64,000 bases of DNA, from assembly GCA_963804645.1 (NCBI GenBank), contig CAWDRG010000009.1, forward strand, positions 1,340,628-1,404,627. Direction: 5' to 3'. The notes under the pieces are model-generated. The model did no database searches. It was not told the origin of the DNA and was given only the letters and a program-made list of their open reading frames with translations. This DNA is from an uncultured Bacillota bacterium (GTDB lineage Bacteria > Sysuimicrobiota > Sysuimicrobiia > Sysuimicrobiales > Segetimicrobiaceae). Positions 42,103 to 51,697 of the stretch are shown piece after piece. A program made the translations under genes and the position numbers. How positions within the stretch are numbered: position 1 is the stretch's first letter; each line of letters opens with the position of its first letter.

Positions 42103-42487
42103 GATAATAAACCTTCACGATCCATCCAGGACCGCGCGGACCGTGTCTGAGATAGGTAAGCAATCTCCTGGATCCGGGCTCCGGCCCCCGGCGCTACGGG
42201 AATGGACGGTAGTGTTGCCTCTCACAACTCCGATCCCGTTCTTCTATACCCATCCATCCGAGATGCACGATGTCACTCGCAGATGCATTCGCCTGCAACG
42301 GGGTGTCTGACTACCGGGCCGACCGCAAAATGCCGCCTTGGGTGATCTCGGCCCCGTAGCTATGTTCGAGGGCGAGTCGAGCAGAGTTGTGGGCCTGCGA
42401 CAAGGCCCCTGTGCTTATTCAAGCAGATCGGGATTTCGGCCCACCCTCCCGATCCCAGGCTACGCGCACACGTGCGTGTCTCTCAAA

Positions 42488-42803
42488 TCAAATCTCCCTC
42501 CCGGCACCAACACCAGCAAGCACCTCGTCGTCCAACCGTAGGATTCCGGCCAAGTTTCCGCGCACCTCCGCCCACAGACGCCCGTCCTCGTCCTGTCGCA
42601 GAACAATCCGATCACGACCCGAAGACAGGAGCCGGCGCGCCCGGGCGGAACGAAGCTAAGTGCCGATGTTCGCCGATTGTAGGTCTCACTCTGAAGACCT
42701 GCAACTTCACACCCACCAGCATGGCATGGGTTTCGTCCGCCGCAAGCCGCAGGCGCTTGACGGTCTCCGACTGTAGCGCTTTCGATATCGCGTCGGCCAC
42801 CAC
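42488..42803 (-). pseudogene. Large serine recombinase C-terminal remnant
   Basis: Hand translation: ARRLLSSGRDRIVLRQDEDGRLWAEVRGNLAGILRLDDEVLAGVGAGREI-stop. Confidence 0.72.
42490..42509 (+). repeat. tRNA-Leu 3'-end copy 5 (att-like)
   Basis: AAATCTCCCTCCCGGCACCA, 19/20; left flank GTGCGTGTCTCTCAAAT shared with copy 4. Confidence 0.92.
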
Positions 42804-43111
42804 GATGCCTCCTCCCCAGGGCTTAGTTTAGATTGGTTTGCCGTGAAAAACGTGGGCGCAAACCCTTATATAAGCAAACGCATCGCTTCCTCCGCGCCAC
42901 GTGGCCGGCCCTCCGCACGAGGAGCGCGGACACGGGTCTCGCGCGTCGCGAAGCCCGCCGCCCAGGAGATTGAAAGAGACGGTGTTCGACCGCTGCTCGC
43001 ACGCGCCGATCGACGAGAAGGTGGAGGAGTCTCATTAACAGACCAGAACCTCATCCGGAATAGACGTGAGCGCCGTGGCGCCAGACACCGGAACAAGAAA
43101 GGGAGACCGCG

Positions 43112-44713
43112 ATGCTGCGTGCAACGCGCAAGACTGATCAAGAGCCCTGTCCGGCATCCGCTCCGTACCGGACGCGGCTGACGCGTCGCGATCTGCTCCG
43201 CTCGACGGCCGCGGTGGGGACGGCGGCGGCGCTCGGCCGGTACGCCGGGCCTGCGCAGGCGGCGGGTGCGCCGCAGAAGGGCGGGACGCTCCGCATCGGG
43301 TGGATCAGCGATGGGACGACCCTCGATCCCCATTACTCCGTCCGATTTCCTGAGCGGCCGGTGATGTACTCCGTGTACAACACCCTCGTGTCGTCGTCGC
43401 CGACGTTCGACATCAAGCCGGAGCTCGCGCGCTCGTGGGCGATCTCCAACGACGGGGTATCCATCACGTTGCAGTTGCAGCCGAACGTGAAGTTCCACGA
43501 CGGGACCAACTGCGATGCGGCGGCCGTCAAGTGGAACGTCGACTTCATGCTGGATCCCGCCAACAACTCGCCCCAAATGAAGCAGCTCGCGCCGTACCTC
43601 GCCGGCTGCGAGGCGCAGGGGCCGACCACCGTCGTGTTTCGCTTGAAGAAGCCGTACGCGGGCTTCCTGGCCGTCATGGTGGACCGGCCCGGGTTTATCG
43701 TGTCCCCCGCGGCGTGGAAGAAATATGGGAAGGATTACGCCCGGAATCCGGTGGGCACCGGCATGTACCAGTTCGGGGAGTGGATGTCGGACGACCACAT
43801 CACGCTCAAGCGCTTCGACGGGTATTGGGATCGGAACCTACCGTATCTCGACGGGCTCACCTACCAGGTGGCGGAGAATCCGACGGTGCGGGACACGATG
43901 ATACGCACAGGCCAGCTGGATATTACGTCTGAGCCGGTGCCGACGGACGTGCCGGCGATCGCGAAGTCGCCGGGGGTGAAGATCATCAGCGAGAACCCGT
44001 CCGGGCACTGGTACGGGGTAGAGTGGGGTCTCGATCGGCCGCCGTTCAACAATAGAGCGGTGCGGCAGGCACTCTGCTACGGTGTCGACCGGGACGAGTT
44101 CGTGAGCGTCATCCTCGGCGGGCGCGGGACGGTGGCGAAGGGCCCGACCCCTCCGCAAGTGTGGTGGTACAATCCGGGCACGAGAGGGTACGACTACAAT
44201 CCCGCCAAAGCCAAGCAGCTCCTCGCCCAGGCCGGATATCCGAACGGCTTCTCGGCCGAGTTCTCGACGGAAGCTACGCCGTTCGGCGTGCAGTACGCGC
44301 AGCTGTTGCAGGCACAGCTGAAGCGCATCAACGTGAACATTACGATCAACCCCATTGACGACGCAGATATCGCCCAGGCGCAGTTGTCGGGACAGTTTGT
44401 GGAGGCCGACTGGACGCTTCGCGCGGATCCCGACGGCCTGCTGCGGATCCTCTTCTACACCGGCAACTACGCGAACGGGGGCAAGTACTCCAACCCGGCG
44501 GTCGACAAGATGCTCGACGACGCGAACTCGACCTACGATCGGAACGCGCGGAAGCAGATCTACGCGAAGATCGAGCAGCAGGTGATCGACGACGCGGTAT
44601 TTCTGTGGATCTACTACCCGTCGGAAGACGCCCCGATGCGGACCCAGGTCCAAAACTATGCCTGGTTCCCGGATTCCGTGCCGCGGTACCGGGACCTGTG
44701 GTTGGCCAAGTGA
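43112..44713 (+). CDS. ABC peptide/nickel substrate-binding protein (family 5), Tat-like signal
   Basis: LTRRDLL, VKFHDG, PVGTG, PPFNNRAVRQAL. Confidence 0.92.
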   Translation: MLRATRKTDQEPCPASAPYRTRLTRRDLLRSTAAVGTAAALGRYAGPAQAAGAPQKGGTLRIGWISDGTTLDPHYSVRFPERPVMYSVYNTLVSSSPTFDIKPELARSWAISNDGVSITLQLQPNVKFHDGTNCDAAAVKWNVDFMLDPANNSPQMKQLAPYLAGCEAQGPTTVVFRLKKPYAGFLAVMVDRPGFIVSPAAWKKYGKDYARNPVGTGMYQFGEWMSDDHITLKRFDGYWDRNLPYLDGLTYQVAENPTVRDTMIRTGQLDITSEPVPTDVPAIAKSPGVKIISENPSGHWYGVEWGLDRPPFNNRAVRQALCYGVDRDEFVSVILGGRGTVAKGPTPPQVWWYNPGTRGYDYNPAKAKQLLAQAGYPNGFSAEFSTEATPFGVQYAQLLQAQLKRINVNITINPIDDADIAQAQLSGQFVEADWTLRADPDGLLRILFYTGNYANGGKYSNPAVDKMLDDANSTYDRNARKQIYAKIEQQVIDDAVFLWIYYPSEDAPMRTQVQNYAWFPDSVPRYRDLWLAK

Positions 44714-44719
44714 CCCGGG

Positions 44720-45664
44720 GTGTGGCGCTACATCGCCGCCCGGCTGCTGGCCGTCGTCCCGATGGCCTTGGTGCTGACGATCGCGGTGTTCTGGCTCATC
44801 CACGGGATACTCGGGGACCCGGCCGCTGTGATGCTCGGCAAGGACGCCGACCCCGTCACTGTGGCGCGGCTGCGCCACCAGCTCGGGTTTGACCGACCGA
44901 TCTACGTACAGTACGGGGATTGGCTCGGGCACGCCGTGCGAGGCGACCTAGGCCGGTCCATCCGGAACAGCCAGCCGGTCGCCGAGGCGATCCGGGAGCG
45001 CCTCCTGCCCACCGGTGAGCTGACGCTGCTTGCGATGGGATTCGCGCTCGCGATGGCGCTCGTGCTCGGCACCGCAGCTGCGGTCCGCATCGGAACGCCT
45101 ACGGACCTCGCGGTCTCCAGCGTGTCGGTCGTCGGCGTCACCATGCCGAACTTCATGGTCGGTATCACGCTGATTCTGATCTTCGGCCTCGCGCTCCAGT
45201 GGCTGCCGAGCGGCGGATTTGTATCGCCGCTGACCGATCTGCAGCACAACCTGCGCGACATGGTGCTCCCGACACTGACCCTGAGCTTTGGCTATATCGG
45301 CACCCTGAGCCTTGTCCTCAAATCCAGCCTGCACCAAACGCTGCAGACGCTCTACGTGCAGACCGCGCGCGCCAAGGGGATCTTCGAGCGCCGGGTGCTG
45401 GTCCGGCACGCGCTCCGCAACGCGCTGCTTCCGCTCGTCAGCGTCTTCGGTGTCGAGGTGGGGCGGTTGTTCGGCGGGGCAGTCGTCACCGAAACAATCT
45501 TTTCGCTGCCGGGCGTCGGGCGGCTGCTCATCGAATCCATTACTGGCAGGGACTTTCCGGTGATCCAGGCGATCGTGATCTTCATGGCGATCGGCGTACT
45601 CGTGGTCAACCTGCTCGCCGACCTCTCGTATGCGTGGCTCGATCCCCGCGTGTCGTATGATTGA
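44720..45664 (+). CDS. ABC peptide permease (DppB-like)
   Basis: GDLGRS, TARAKG, HALRNAL, VTETIF.LPGVG. Confidence 0.92.
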   Translation: MWRYIAARLLAVVPMALVLTIAVFWLIHGILGDPAAVMLGKDADPVTVARLRHQLGFDRPIYVQYGDWLGHAVRGDLGRSIRNSQPVAEAIRERLLPTGELTLLAMGFALAMALVLGTAAAVRIGTPTDLAVSSVSVVGVTMPNFMVGITLILIFGLALQWLPSGGFVSPLTDLQHNLRDMVLPTLTLSFGYIGTLSLVLKSSLHQTLQTLYVQTARAKGIFERRVLVRHALRNALLPLVSVFGVEVGRLFGGAVVTETIFSLPGVGRLLIESITGRDFPVIQAIVIFMAIGVLVVNLLADLSYAWLDPRVSYD

Positions 45665-46547
45665 GTCACCGGCCGCACGCGGGACCGTCGCGGAGCCCGC
45701 GGCGCGGGCCCGGCGTGCAACGCGGTGGCGTCGGTTCGCAAGGAACCGGCCGCTCGCGCTCGGGACCTGCCTGATCGCCGCGGTGGTTTTCATGGCCATC
45801 TCGGCGCCGTACATCGCGCCGTACGATCCGCTGGCGCTGCATGCCAATCCCAATCACACGAACGAACGTCCCTCGCGCACGTTCCTGCTCGGGACGGACG
45901 ATCTCGGCCGCGACAACCTGAGCCGGGACATCTACGGGGCGCGCTTATCCCTGGGCGTCGGGTTGGGAGCCGTGCTGGTCGGATTCGCGGTCGGCCTCCC
46001 CTGGGGCCTGGCGAGCGGCATCGCGGGCGGCCGCGTCGACTACGTGCTGATGCGGCTCGCCGACGTCGTCCTCGTCTTTCCGGGGCTCGTCCTGGCGCTC
46101 GTGATCCGGGCGTTCCTAGGCGCGAGCGTCTGGAGCGTCGTCGTCGCCCTCGGCGTCACGATCACGCCCGCACTGGCCCGCATCGTACGCGGCGAGGTGC
46201 TGAGCCTCCGCGAGCGCGACTTCATCACTGCCGCGGTCGCAGTCGGCGCCCGCCGGGCCCGCATCATCGTGCGGCACGTCGTGCCGAACATCCTGGATCT
46301 GCTCGCGGTGCTCGGCGCGATCTACATGGGGGGCGCGATTCTCACCGAGGCGAGCCTGTCGTTCCTCGGATTTGGAACCCCGCCTCCCGCGCCGAGCTGG
46401 GGGCAGATCCTTCAGGAGGGATATTCGTTCCTCCCGCTTACGCCGTGGCCCTCGCTTTCGGCCGGCGTCGCCATCTTTCTGACGGTGCTCGGGTTCTATC
46501 TCGCGGGCGCGGGGGCGAGGCGAGCCTTGCACCGCGAGCGCGTCTGA
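45657..46547 (+). CDS. ABC peptide permease (DppC-like)
   Basis: LGTDDLGRD, RHVVPN, EASLSFLG.G.PPP.PSWG. Confidence 0.92.
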   Translation: MIESPAARGTVAEPAARARRATRWRRFARNRPLALGTCLIAAVVFMAISAPYIAPYDPLALHANPNHTNERPSRTFLLGTDDLGRDNLSRDIYGARLSLGVGLGAVLVGFAVGLPWGLASGIAGGRVDYVLMRLADVVLVFPGLVLALVIRAFLGASVWSVVVALGVTITPALARIVRGEVLSLRERDFITAAVAVGARRARIIVRHVVPNILDLLAVLGAIYMGGAILTEASLSFLGFGTPPPAPSWGQILQEGYSFLPLTPWPSLSAGVAIFLTVLGFYLAGAGARRALHRERV

Positions 46548-46549
46548 CC

Positions 46550-46845
46550 CCGCTCAAGGCCAACTGCCATTCGCCCTTGACGGTCTGGTAGCAGAATCAC
46601 ATGGCGCAAACGACGAGAGAGTAGGAAACCGGCGACGTCAATGGTACGCCCAAAACACTTCGAAGGTTCCTCAATATACCGCTCGACCAATCCCGGGAGA
46701 ACGCGGACAGCCGCTCCCACCTGCTGTTTGACGCTGCCCGGCGGCGTTGAATCTTGGCCTCGGCAGCTTCGATTATCTCCAGTAGCGTCGTCGTGGCCTT
46801 GCCGTCTCGCGCTGTCGGCGGCCGGGGAGTTCGAGAGTGGACCAA
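46550..46845 (-). pseudogene. Frameshifted large serine recombinase C-terminal remnant without adjacent att core
   Basis: TTLLEIIEAAEAKI coiled coil, then VLPGLVERY / LRNLRSVLG / LLSRRLRHVILLP, colinear with the 34530-34946 remnant. Confidence 0.55.
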
Positions 46846-46899
46846 GCCCTGACTGACGGCAGCATCCTGTTCTAAGAGCGGCGAAAGGGCCTCGGAAAC

Positions 46900-46938
46900 A
46901 GTGGAACGGAGCTACCGATCCGGCGGCTCCGTTCCACT
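46900..46938 (-). terminator. Hairpin downstream of the PEP-CTERM gene, possible terminator
   Basis: AGTGGAACGGAGC / GCTCCGTTCCACT 13-bp stem; U-tract weak. Confidence 0.5.
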
Positions 46939-46964
46939 ATTTCCGCGTCGCACGCGTTACGGCG

Positions 46965-47693
46965 TCACACTACGGCGACGCTCTTCCGTCGGCGTAGCAA
47001 CCACATCAGGCTCAACATGCTGGGGCTGAACAGTGCAAGGGTTGCTGGCTCAGGCGTAGGTACAATATTGTAGCTACCGGCCCAGTCGGCCCCGGAACCG
47101 TCGCCGTTCGTTTGGTAGAAGGCGACCGTAAACACGTTGGCACCCGTGAGCCCGGCCGGGAGCGTGACGACGCCCGTGTTCTGGCTCGTACAGCCGATGG
47201 GCATGGCAGCGCATGTGGACCCCGGGGTGAGATCCGGAGCGAACAGCTCCGTGCCGTTGATGTATACGGCAGCCGTATCATCCGCGAGGACGTCCACGGT
47301 ACCTCCGGTGCCGACGTCTCCGGTCGGCACAGTAAACGCTTCGTTGATGGTCACGATGGCCCCATTCGGGAGTGAAATGCCACCGTTCCCAGTTTGAGCG
47401 CACGAGATCCAGGTCGATGCGGGAAATGCCGTCGCCCACGCCGATTCGGGCGAGTCTAACACCGTCAAGCCGGAGGCGGCACAATCCGCCGATGTCCCTG
47501 TGCTAGTGAACGGTATTCCAGTCGCGCTGTCCAATCCAATCGATGTTGCCGATGCAGGGGTTGCCCCGGCGAGCAACGCGCCGCCGATCACTATGCTCAG
47601 GCCAACCACGAACAACAGTTCCCGCCTGTACGGTTGTGTCGCCATCGTAGCCTCCATGCAGCCGCGGACTCTGCCAAGCATATCGATCCGCAC
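46965..47693 (-). CDS. PEP-CTERM-type surface protein
   Basis: Signal peptide; LADD..AVYING domain; C-terminal VPTPEPATLAL, TM, RRRK; start uncertain. Confidence 0.82.
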   Translation of the reverse strand: MRIDMLGRVRGCMEATMATQPYRRELLFVVGLSIVIGGALLAGATPASATSIGLDSATGIPFTSTGTSADCAASGLTVLDSPESAWATAFPASTWISCAQTGNGGISLPNGAIVTINEAFTVPTGDVGTGGTVDVLADDTAAVYINGTELFAPDLTPGSTCAAMPIGCTSQNTGVVTLPAGLTGANVFTVAFYQTNGDGSGADWAGSYNIVPTPEPATLALFSPSMLSLMWLLRRRKSVAVV

Positions 47694-48349
47694 GATTCAC
47701 CAGCCTCACTAGTATGCCCGAGATGAGGAAACCCGTCGTCCGTCTCAGGAAGGATTCGCACGTCTTTATTGATGAATCGCTTGAGTGGTACCAAAGTACT
47801 ATTAGAATTGTTCTCGCGGTCTCGGGGATCATTGCGGACTTGCAAAGCGCGGACGGACTCTCGATGAGTATTCAGTAAGGATTCCTTTTGGCAGCGCCAG
47901 CACTTACTCGGTTACCTAACGATCATCCGCAAAGCAAAGAAGCGACGACGTAGACCCGGGGCCAGTCACCGGCCGGGGCGTGAACGCTCTTGGCTGATTG
48001 TGTTTGATGTCGTGTTGTAAGCGGAGGTCTCCGGCGTTGACCGTGAGGAGAGGAAGATCAATCGCTGCTCCCGGCCGACGCGTACGTGCTCCGTCGTGCG
48101 ATCAGTTGCAGCGCACCATCCGTGAGTCGAGCGTGGACTAGGGAGCACTACCCACGCATCTGGGCGTGCGAGCTCACGCAGAGGTACTCGTCGGCGAGGG
48201 TATCCGACTACCGACCGTCCGTAGGGTGTAGCCTTTAGTGTGACCTCGAACCCGCTTCGGGTGCTCGAGGGCGGGTCGGGCTGAGTACGGCCCGGCGACG
48301 ATGACCCGGGAGCTTGCCTACCCCGATCGCCGCCTCAGCGAATTCCTCT

Positions 48350-48368
48350 GATCCCAGGCTACGCGCAC
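48350..48368 (+). repeat. Orphan copy of the sequence flanking att copy 5
   Basis: GATCCCAGGCTACGCGCAC identical to 42451-42469. Confidence 0.7.
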
Positions 48369-48422
48369 TGAGATTGCCTCGGACCTCGGCCATCAACCGG
48401 CCCCCATGACGCCTCAGCGCGC

Positions 48423-48869
48423 CTACGGGACCTGCAGGCGCAGGGTCACGGCGTTCAACTGTTGCATCAGGCCCAGCACGTCCCAGTTGACGTTACTCTC
48501 CGAAAGCTTACCGCTGGTAATCGTGTAGATGTTGATGCCCGTAAGGATTATGCGCGTTCCCGTGGCAGGAATCCCCATCCACGCACCTCGGTGGGTTCCC
48601 TGGGCCTCCCACCGCGTCACGACCTTGTCACGCGCGCTGACTTGCTCAATAATGTTGTGCTGTAGATCCGGGAAGGCTGCGTACAGCAGTCGATAGAAGC
48701 GCTTTGTGGTTTCCAGGTTCATGGGCGTCGGAATTCCCGGGAAATGCAGGACGTAAGAAGGATCAAACATTTCATCAAAGACGGCGAAGTTCTGTTTGTC
48801 TAGCTCGACAAACCGCCGACGGACCAATGTCTCGTTCGCCTCTACTCCGTTTCCCGGCGTAGCGATCAT
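48423..48869 (-). CDS. SnoaL-like ester cyclase family protein
   Basis: AAFPDL, DKVVTRW...GTHRG.WMGIPATG; RBS GGAGGAG. Confidence 0.9.
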   Translation of the reverse strand: MIATPGNGVEANETLVRRRFVELDKQNFAVFDEMFDPSYVLHFPGIPTPMNLETTKRFYRLLYAAFPDLQHNIIEQVSARDKVVTRWEAQGTHRGAWMGIPATGTRIILTGINIYTITSGKLSESNVNWDVLGLMQQLNAVTLRLQVP

Positions 48870-49245
48870 GATTCTCCTCCTCCTCCCAAGCTGAAAACAT
48901 CTCTTCTTTGAGAAAGGGCTCTACCGTTGAAGGAGAGCGGCTGCCATTTCAGGGGTGAACGGGTCGGCCTCTGGGTCAGGTGGATTCCGTCTGAAGCTGC
49001 ATACATCCTTCACACGGATGAGGTGGTAGCGTCAACACGCCCGCGAAAATCGCAACAACGAAGAAGGCTGCTGAGGTGCGGAGCTCAGCGGGCCCTCCAA
49101 CAGACAGCTGATTGCGATACTTTCGTGAGGACCGCCCTCCGGTTCGATTCCCGAGGGCAAGGAGCTTCCTTCGCCGAACAATCCCGTCATTTCGTCGTAA
49201 GTGACACTGGCAGTTCCATATCTCTGCGCGGTAGGAGGACGTGCC

Positions 49246-49701
49246 ATGTCGGACGATACCATCGGCCCACTGAAATTGCGAGTCGGCCAGACGGCGCGAC
49301 TGACCAAGACCGTCGGCGATGCGGACCTGCGGCTTTTCGCCGAAATTACCGGAGACTTCAATCCGCTGCACTTTTCAGACGAATTCGCCGCACGCACGCG
49401 CTTCGGACGGCGTGTTGCCCAAGGAGGCATCGCCGCGGGCCTTTTGAACGCGCTTGTGGCAATGGAGATGCCCGGGCCCGGTACCGTTTTCATGAGTCAA
49501 TCGCTCAATTATCGCCGTCCGGTTTACGTTGGCGATACGCTGACGGCTTCCGTCGAAGTCCTCGCACTTAAGTCCGACAAGCCTGTCTGCCACTTAGCCT
49601 TTGTTGTCACTAATCAGGGGGGCGACACAGTCCTAGATGCCGAGGCCTGGACCTACACGCTCCGGCCGGATCTGGAGCGGCCGAGCGCGGGCGTGTTGTA
49701 G
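49246..49701 (+). CDS. MaoC-like (R)-specific dehydratase
   Basis: FAEITGDFNPLH, RFGRRVAQG, PGPGT, PVYVGD. Confidence 0.9.
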   Translation: MSDDTIGPLKLRVGQTARLTKTVGDADLRLFAEITGDFNPLHFSDEFAARTRFGRRVAQGGIAAGLLNALVAMEMPGPGTVFMSQSLNYRRPVYVGDTLTASVEVLALKSDKPVCHLAFVVTNQGGDTVLDAEAWTYTLRPDLERPSAGVL

Positions 49702-49866
49702 TCTCGCTCAGATCGGGCCGCGTCGAGGACCGGTTGCACGGATAACTGCGAACTGGATCAGTAAGAAACAACGCTGCAGGTCATCCATTCTGCAGCTAGG
49801 GCGGCTTCGAATCGACGCGCGGGGCGCCGTGTCGAGGACGTGCCCGGCGCACGTGTGAGGATGGTC

Positions 49867-50778
49867 CTAGATCTGCTCCAACCCGCGCAGGCGCGGATCG
49901 AGGACGTCCCGGAGTCGGTCGCCGAGCAGGTTGAACGCCAGGACCACGATCGTAATGACCACCCCAGGGATCGCCGGCATCCACCACGCCTGCCACACCA
50001 GGTCCTGCGCCGACGCGATCATCTGTCCCAGACTCGGCGTCGGCGGCTGGATCCCGAGGCCGAGGAAGCTGAGGGCGGCCTCAAACACGATGACGATTGG
50101 CAGGTGTAGCGTGGCCAGCACCAGTACCGTCGGCAGCACGTTCGGCAGGACGTGTTTGGCGAGAATTCGCCCGTCGGACGCGCCCACGGCACGCGCCGCC
50201 GCTGCGAACTCGCGCTGCCGCAGCGCCAACACTTCCGCTCGTATGACCCGCGCGTAGCCGGGCCAGCCGGCGATCACGAGGACGGCCACGATCTGCGTCA
50301 GTCCGGTGCCGAGCACCGCGACCACCGTGACGGCAAGCAGGAGCGACGGGATGGACAGTTGGGCGTCGACCACGCGCATCAAGATCATGTCGATCCAGCC
50401 GCCACGGTACCCCGTCACGAGGCCGACGGTGAGGCCGAGGAGTATCGAGAGGGGCACGACCGTGAGCGCCACCATCAGTGAAATGCGCAGCCCCACCAAC
50501 AGCCGGCTGAGCACGTCCCGCCCCAACTGGTCGGTCCCCAGCAGGTGCACCTCGCCGTCGACCGGGACGAGCGACGGCGCGTGCACGGGGACGCTAAGGT
50601 TCTGCGCCGCCGGATCATAGGGCGTGACAAACGACATCCCGAACGCCGCGACGAAGAGGACGGCCAGCAGTGCGGCGCCGCCCGCTCCGGACGGACTGCG
50701 CAGCAGGCGCCGGAGCGTTGTGGCTCGCCGGCCGCTACGCGCCCGCGATGCCGCGAAGACGAGGGTCGACCCAGCCAT
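49867..50778 (-). CDS. ABC peptide permease (DppC-like)
   Basis: LLGTDQLGRD, KHVLPN, EAALSFLGLG, GDRLRDVLDPR. Confidence 0.92.
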   Translation of the reverse strand: MAGSTLVFAASRARSGRRATTLRRLLRSPSGAGGAALLAVLFVAAFGMSFVTPYDPAAQNLSVPVHAPSLVPVDGEVHLLGTDQLGRDVLSRLLVGLRISLMVALTVVPLSILLGLTVGLVTGYRGGWIDMILMRVVDAQLSIPSLLLAVTVVAVLGTGLTQIVAVLVIAGWPGYARVIRAEVLALRQREFAAAARAVGASDGRILAKHVLPNVLPTVLVLATLHLPIVIVFEAALSFLGLGIQPPTPSLGQMIASAQDLVWQAWWMPAIPGVVITIVVLAFNLLGDRLRDVLDPRLRGLEQI

Positions 50779-51661
50779 AGACGAGATCCACGGTGAGATT
50801 GACTGCGAGGAACACGGCGGCAGCCACGATCGTCGCGCCCTCCACCACGGGGAAATCGCGGCCCAGCACCGCTTGGACGGCCAGGCGTCCCATGCCCGGC
50901 CACGCGAAGATCGACTCCACGACGAGAGCGCCGCCGAGCATCTGCCCGAAACTCAATCCCAGGACGGTAAGCACCGGAAGCGCCGCGTTGCGCAGGGCGT
51001 GTTTCAGCAGCACCACGGGGCCGGCCAGCCCCTTCGCGCGGCCTGTTCGAATGTAGTCTTGCTCGAGGACCTCGAGCAGGCTCGCGCGTGTGAGCCGGGT
51101 GACCTGTGCCGCGTAGAAGCCGCCAAGCACGAACGCGGGCATGATGAGATGACCGAGTCCGCCGTACCCCGACACCGGAAACCAACCAAGCTTGACACCG
51201 AAGACGATGATGAGCAGCAGGCCGAGCCAAAAGCTTGGCATGCTGCTCCCGAACAGCGCCAGGGTCATGGCGGCCGAGTCGAGACCCGAACCGCGCCGTA
51301 CCGCCGCCACGATCCCCAGCGTCACGCCCAGCACGACGGTCACCGCCAGTGAGGAGAGCGCTAACTCGAATGTGGCCCCGATGTGCTCCCCGATGACCGT
51401 CGTCACCGGCAGGCCTTGATAGTAGGAATAGCCGAGGTCGCCGTGGGCAAGGCGCGCGACGAACCGGCCGTACTGGACCCAGAGCGGTTGATCGAGACCG
51501 TAGGCGTGCCGGATCGCGTCCATGTCCTGCTGGGTCGCATCTTGCGAGACGAGCAGTGCCGCTGGATCCCCCGTGACGTGGAGCAGCACGAAGACGATGG
51601 TGACCACACCAAGCATGGCGGTCAGCGAGAGCGCCAGACGGCGAATCAGGTAAGCGGTCAC
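50735..51661 (-). CDS. ABC peptide permease (DppB-like)
   Basis: GDLGYS, DYIRTGRAKGL, HALRNA, VESIFAWPGMG. Confidence 0.92.
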   Translation of the reverse strand: MTAYLIRRLALSLTAMLGVVTIVFVLLHVTGDPAALLVSQDATQQDMDAIRHAYGLDQPLWVQYGRFVARLAHGDLGYSYYQGLPVTTVIGEHIGATFELALSSLAVTVVLGVTLGIVAAVRRGSGLDSAAMTLALFGSSMPSFWLGLLLIIVFGVKLGWFPVSGYGGLGHLIMPAFVLGGFYAAQVTRLTRASLLEVLEQDYIRTGRAKGLAGPVVLLKHALRNAALPVLTVLGLSFGQMLGGALVVESIFAWPGMGRLAVQAVLGRDFPVVEGATIVAAAVFLAVNLTVDLVYGWVDPRLRGIAGA

Positions 51662-51697
51662 GGCGGACGGAGGCGCGCGATCACGGCATCGCTCGGC

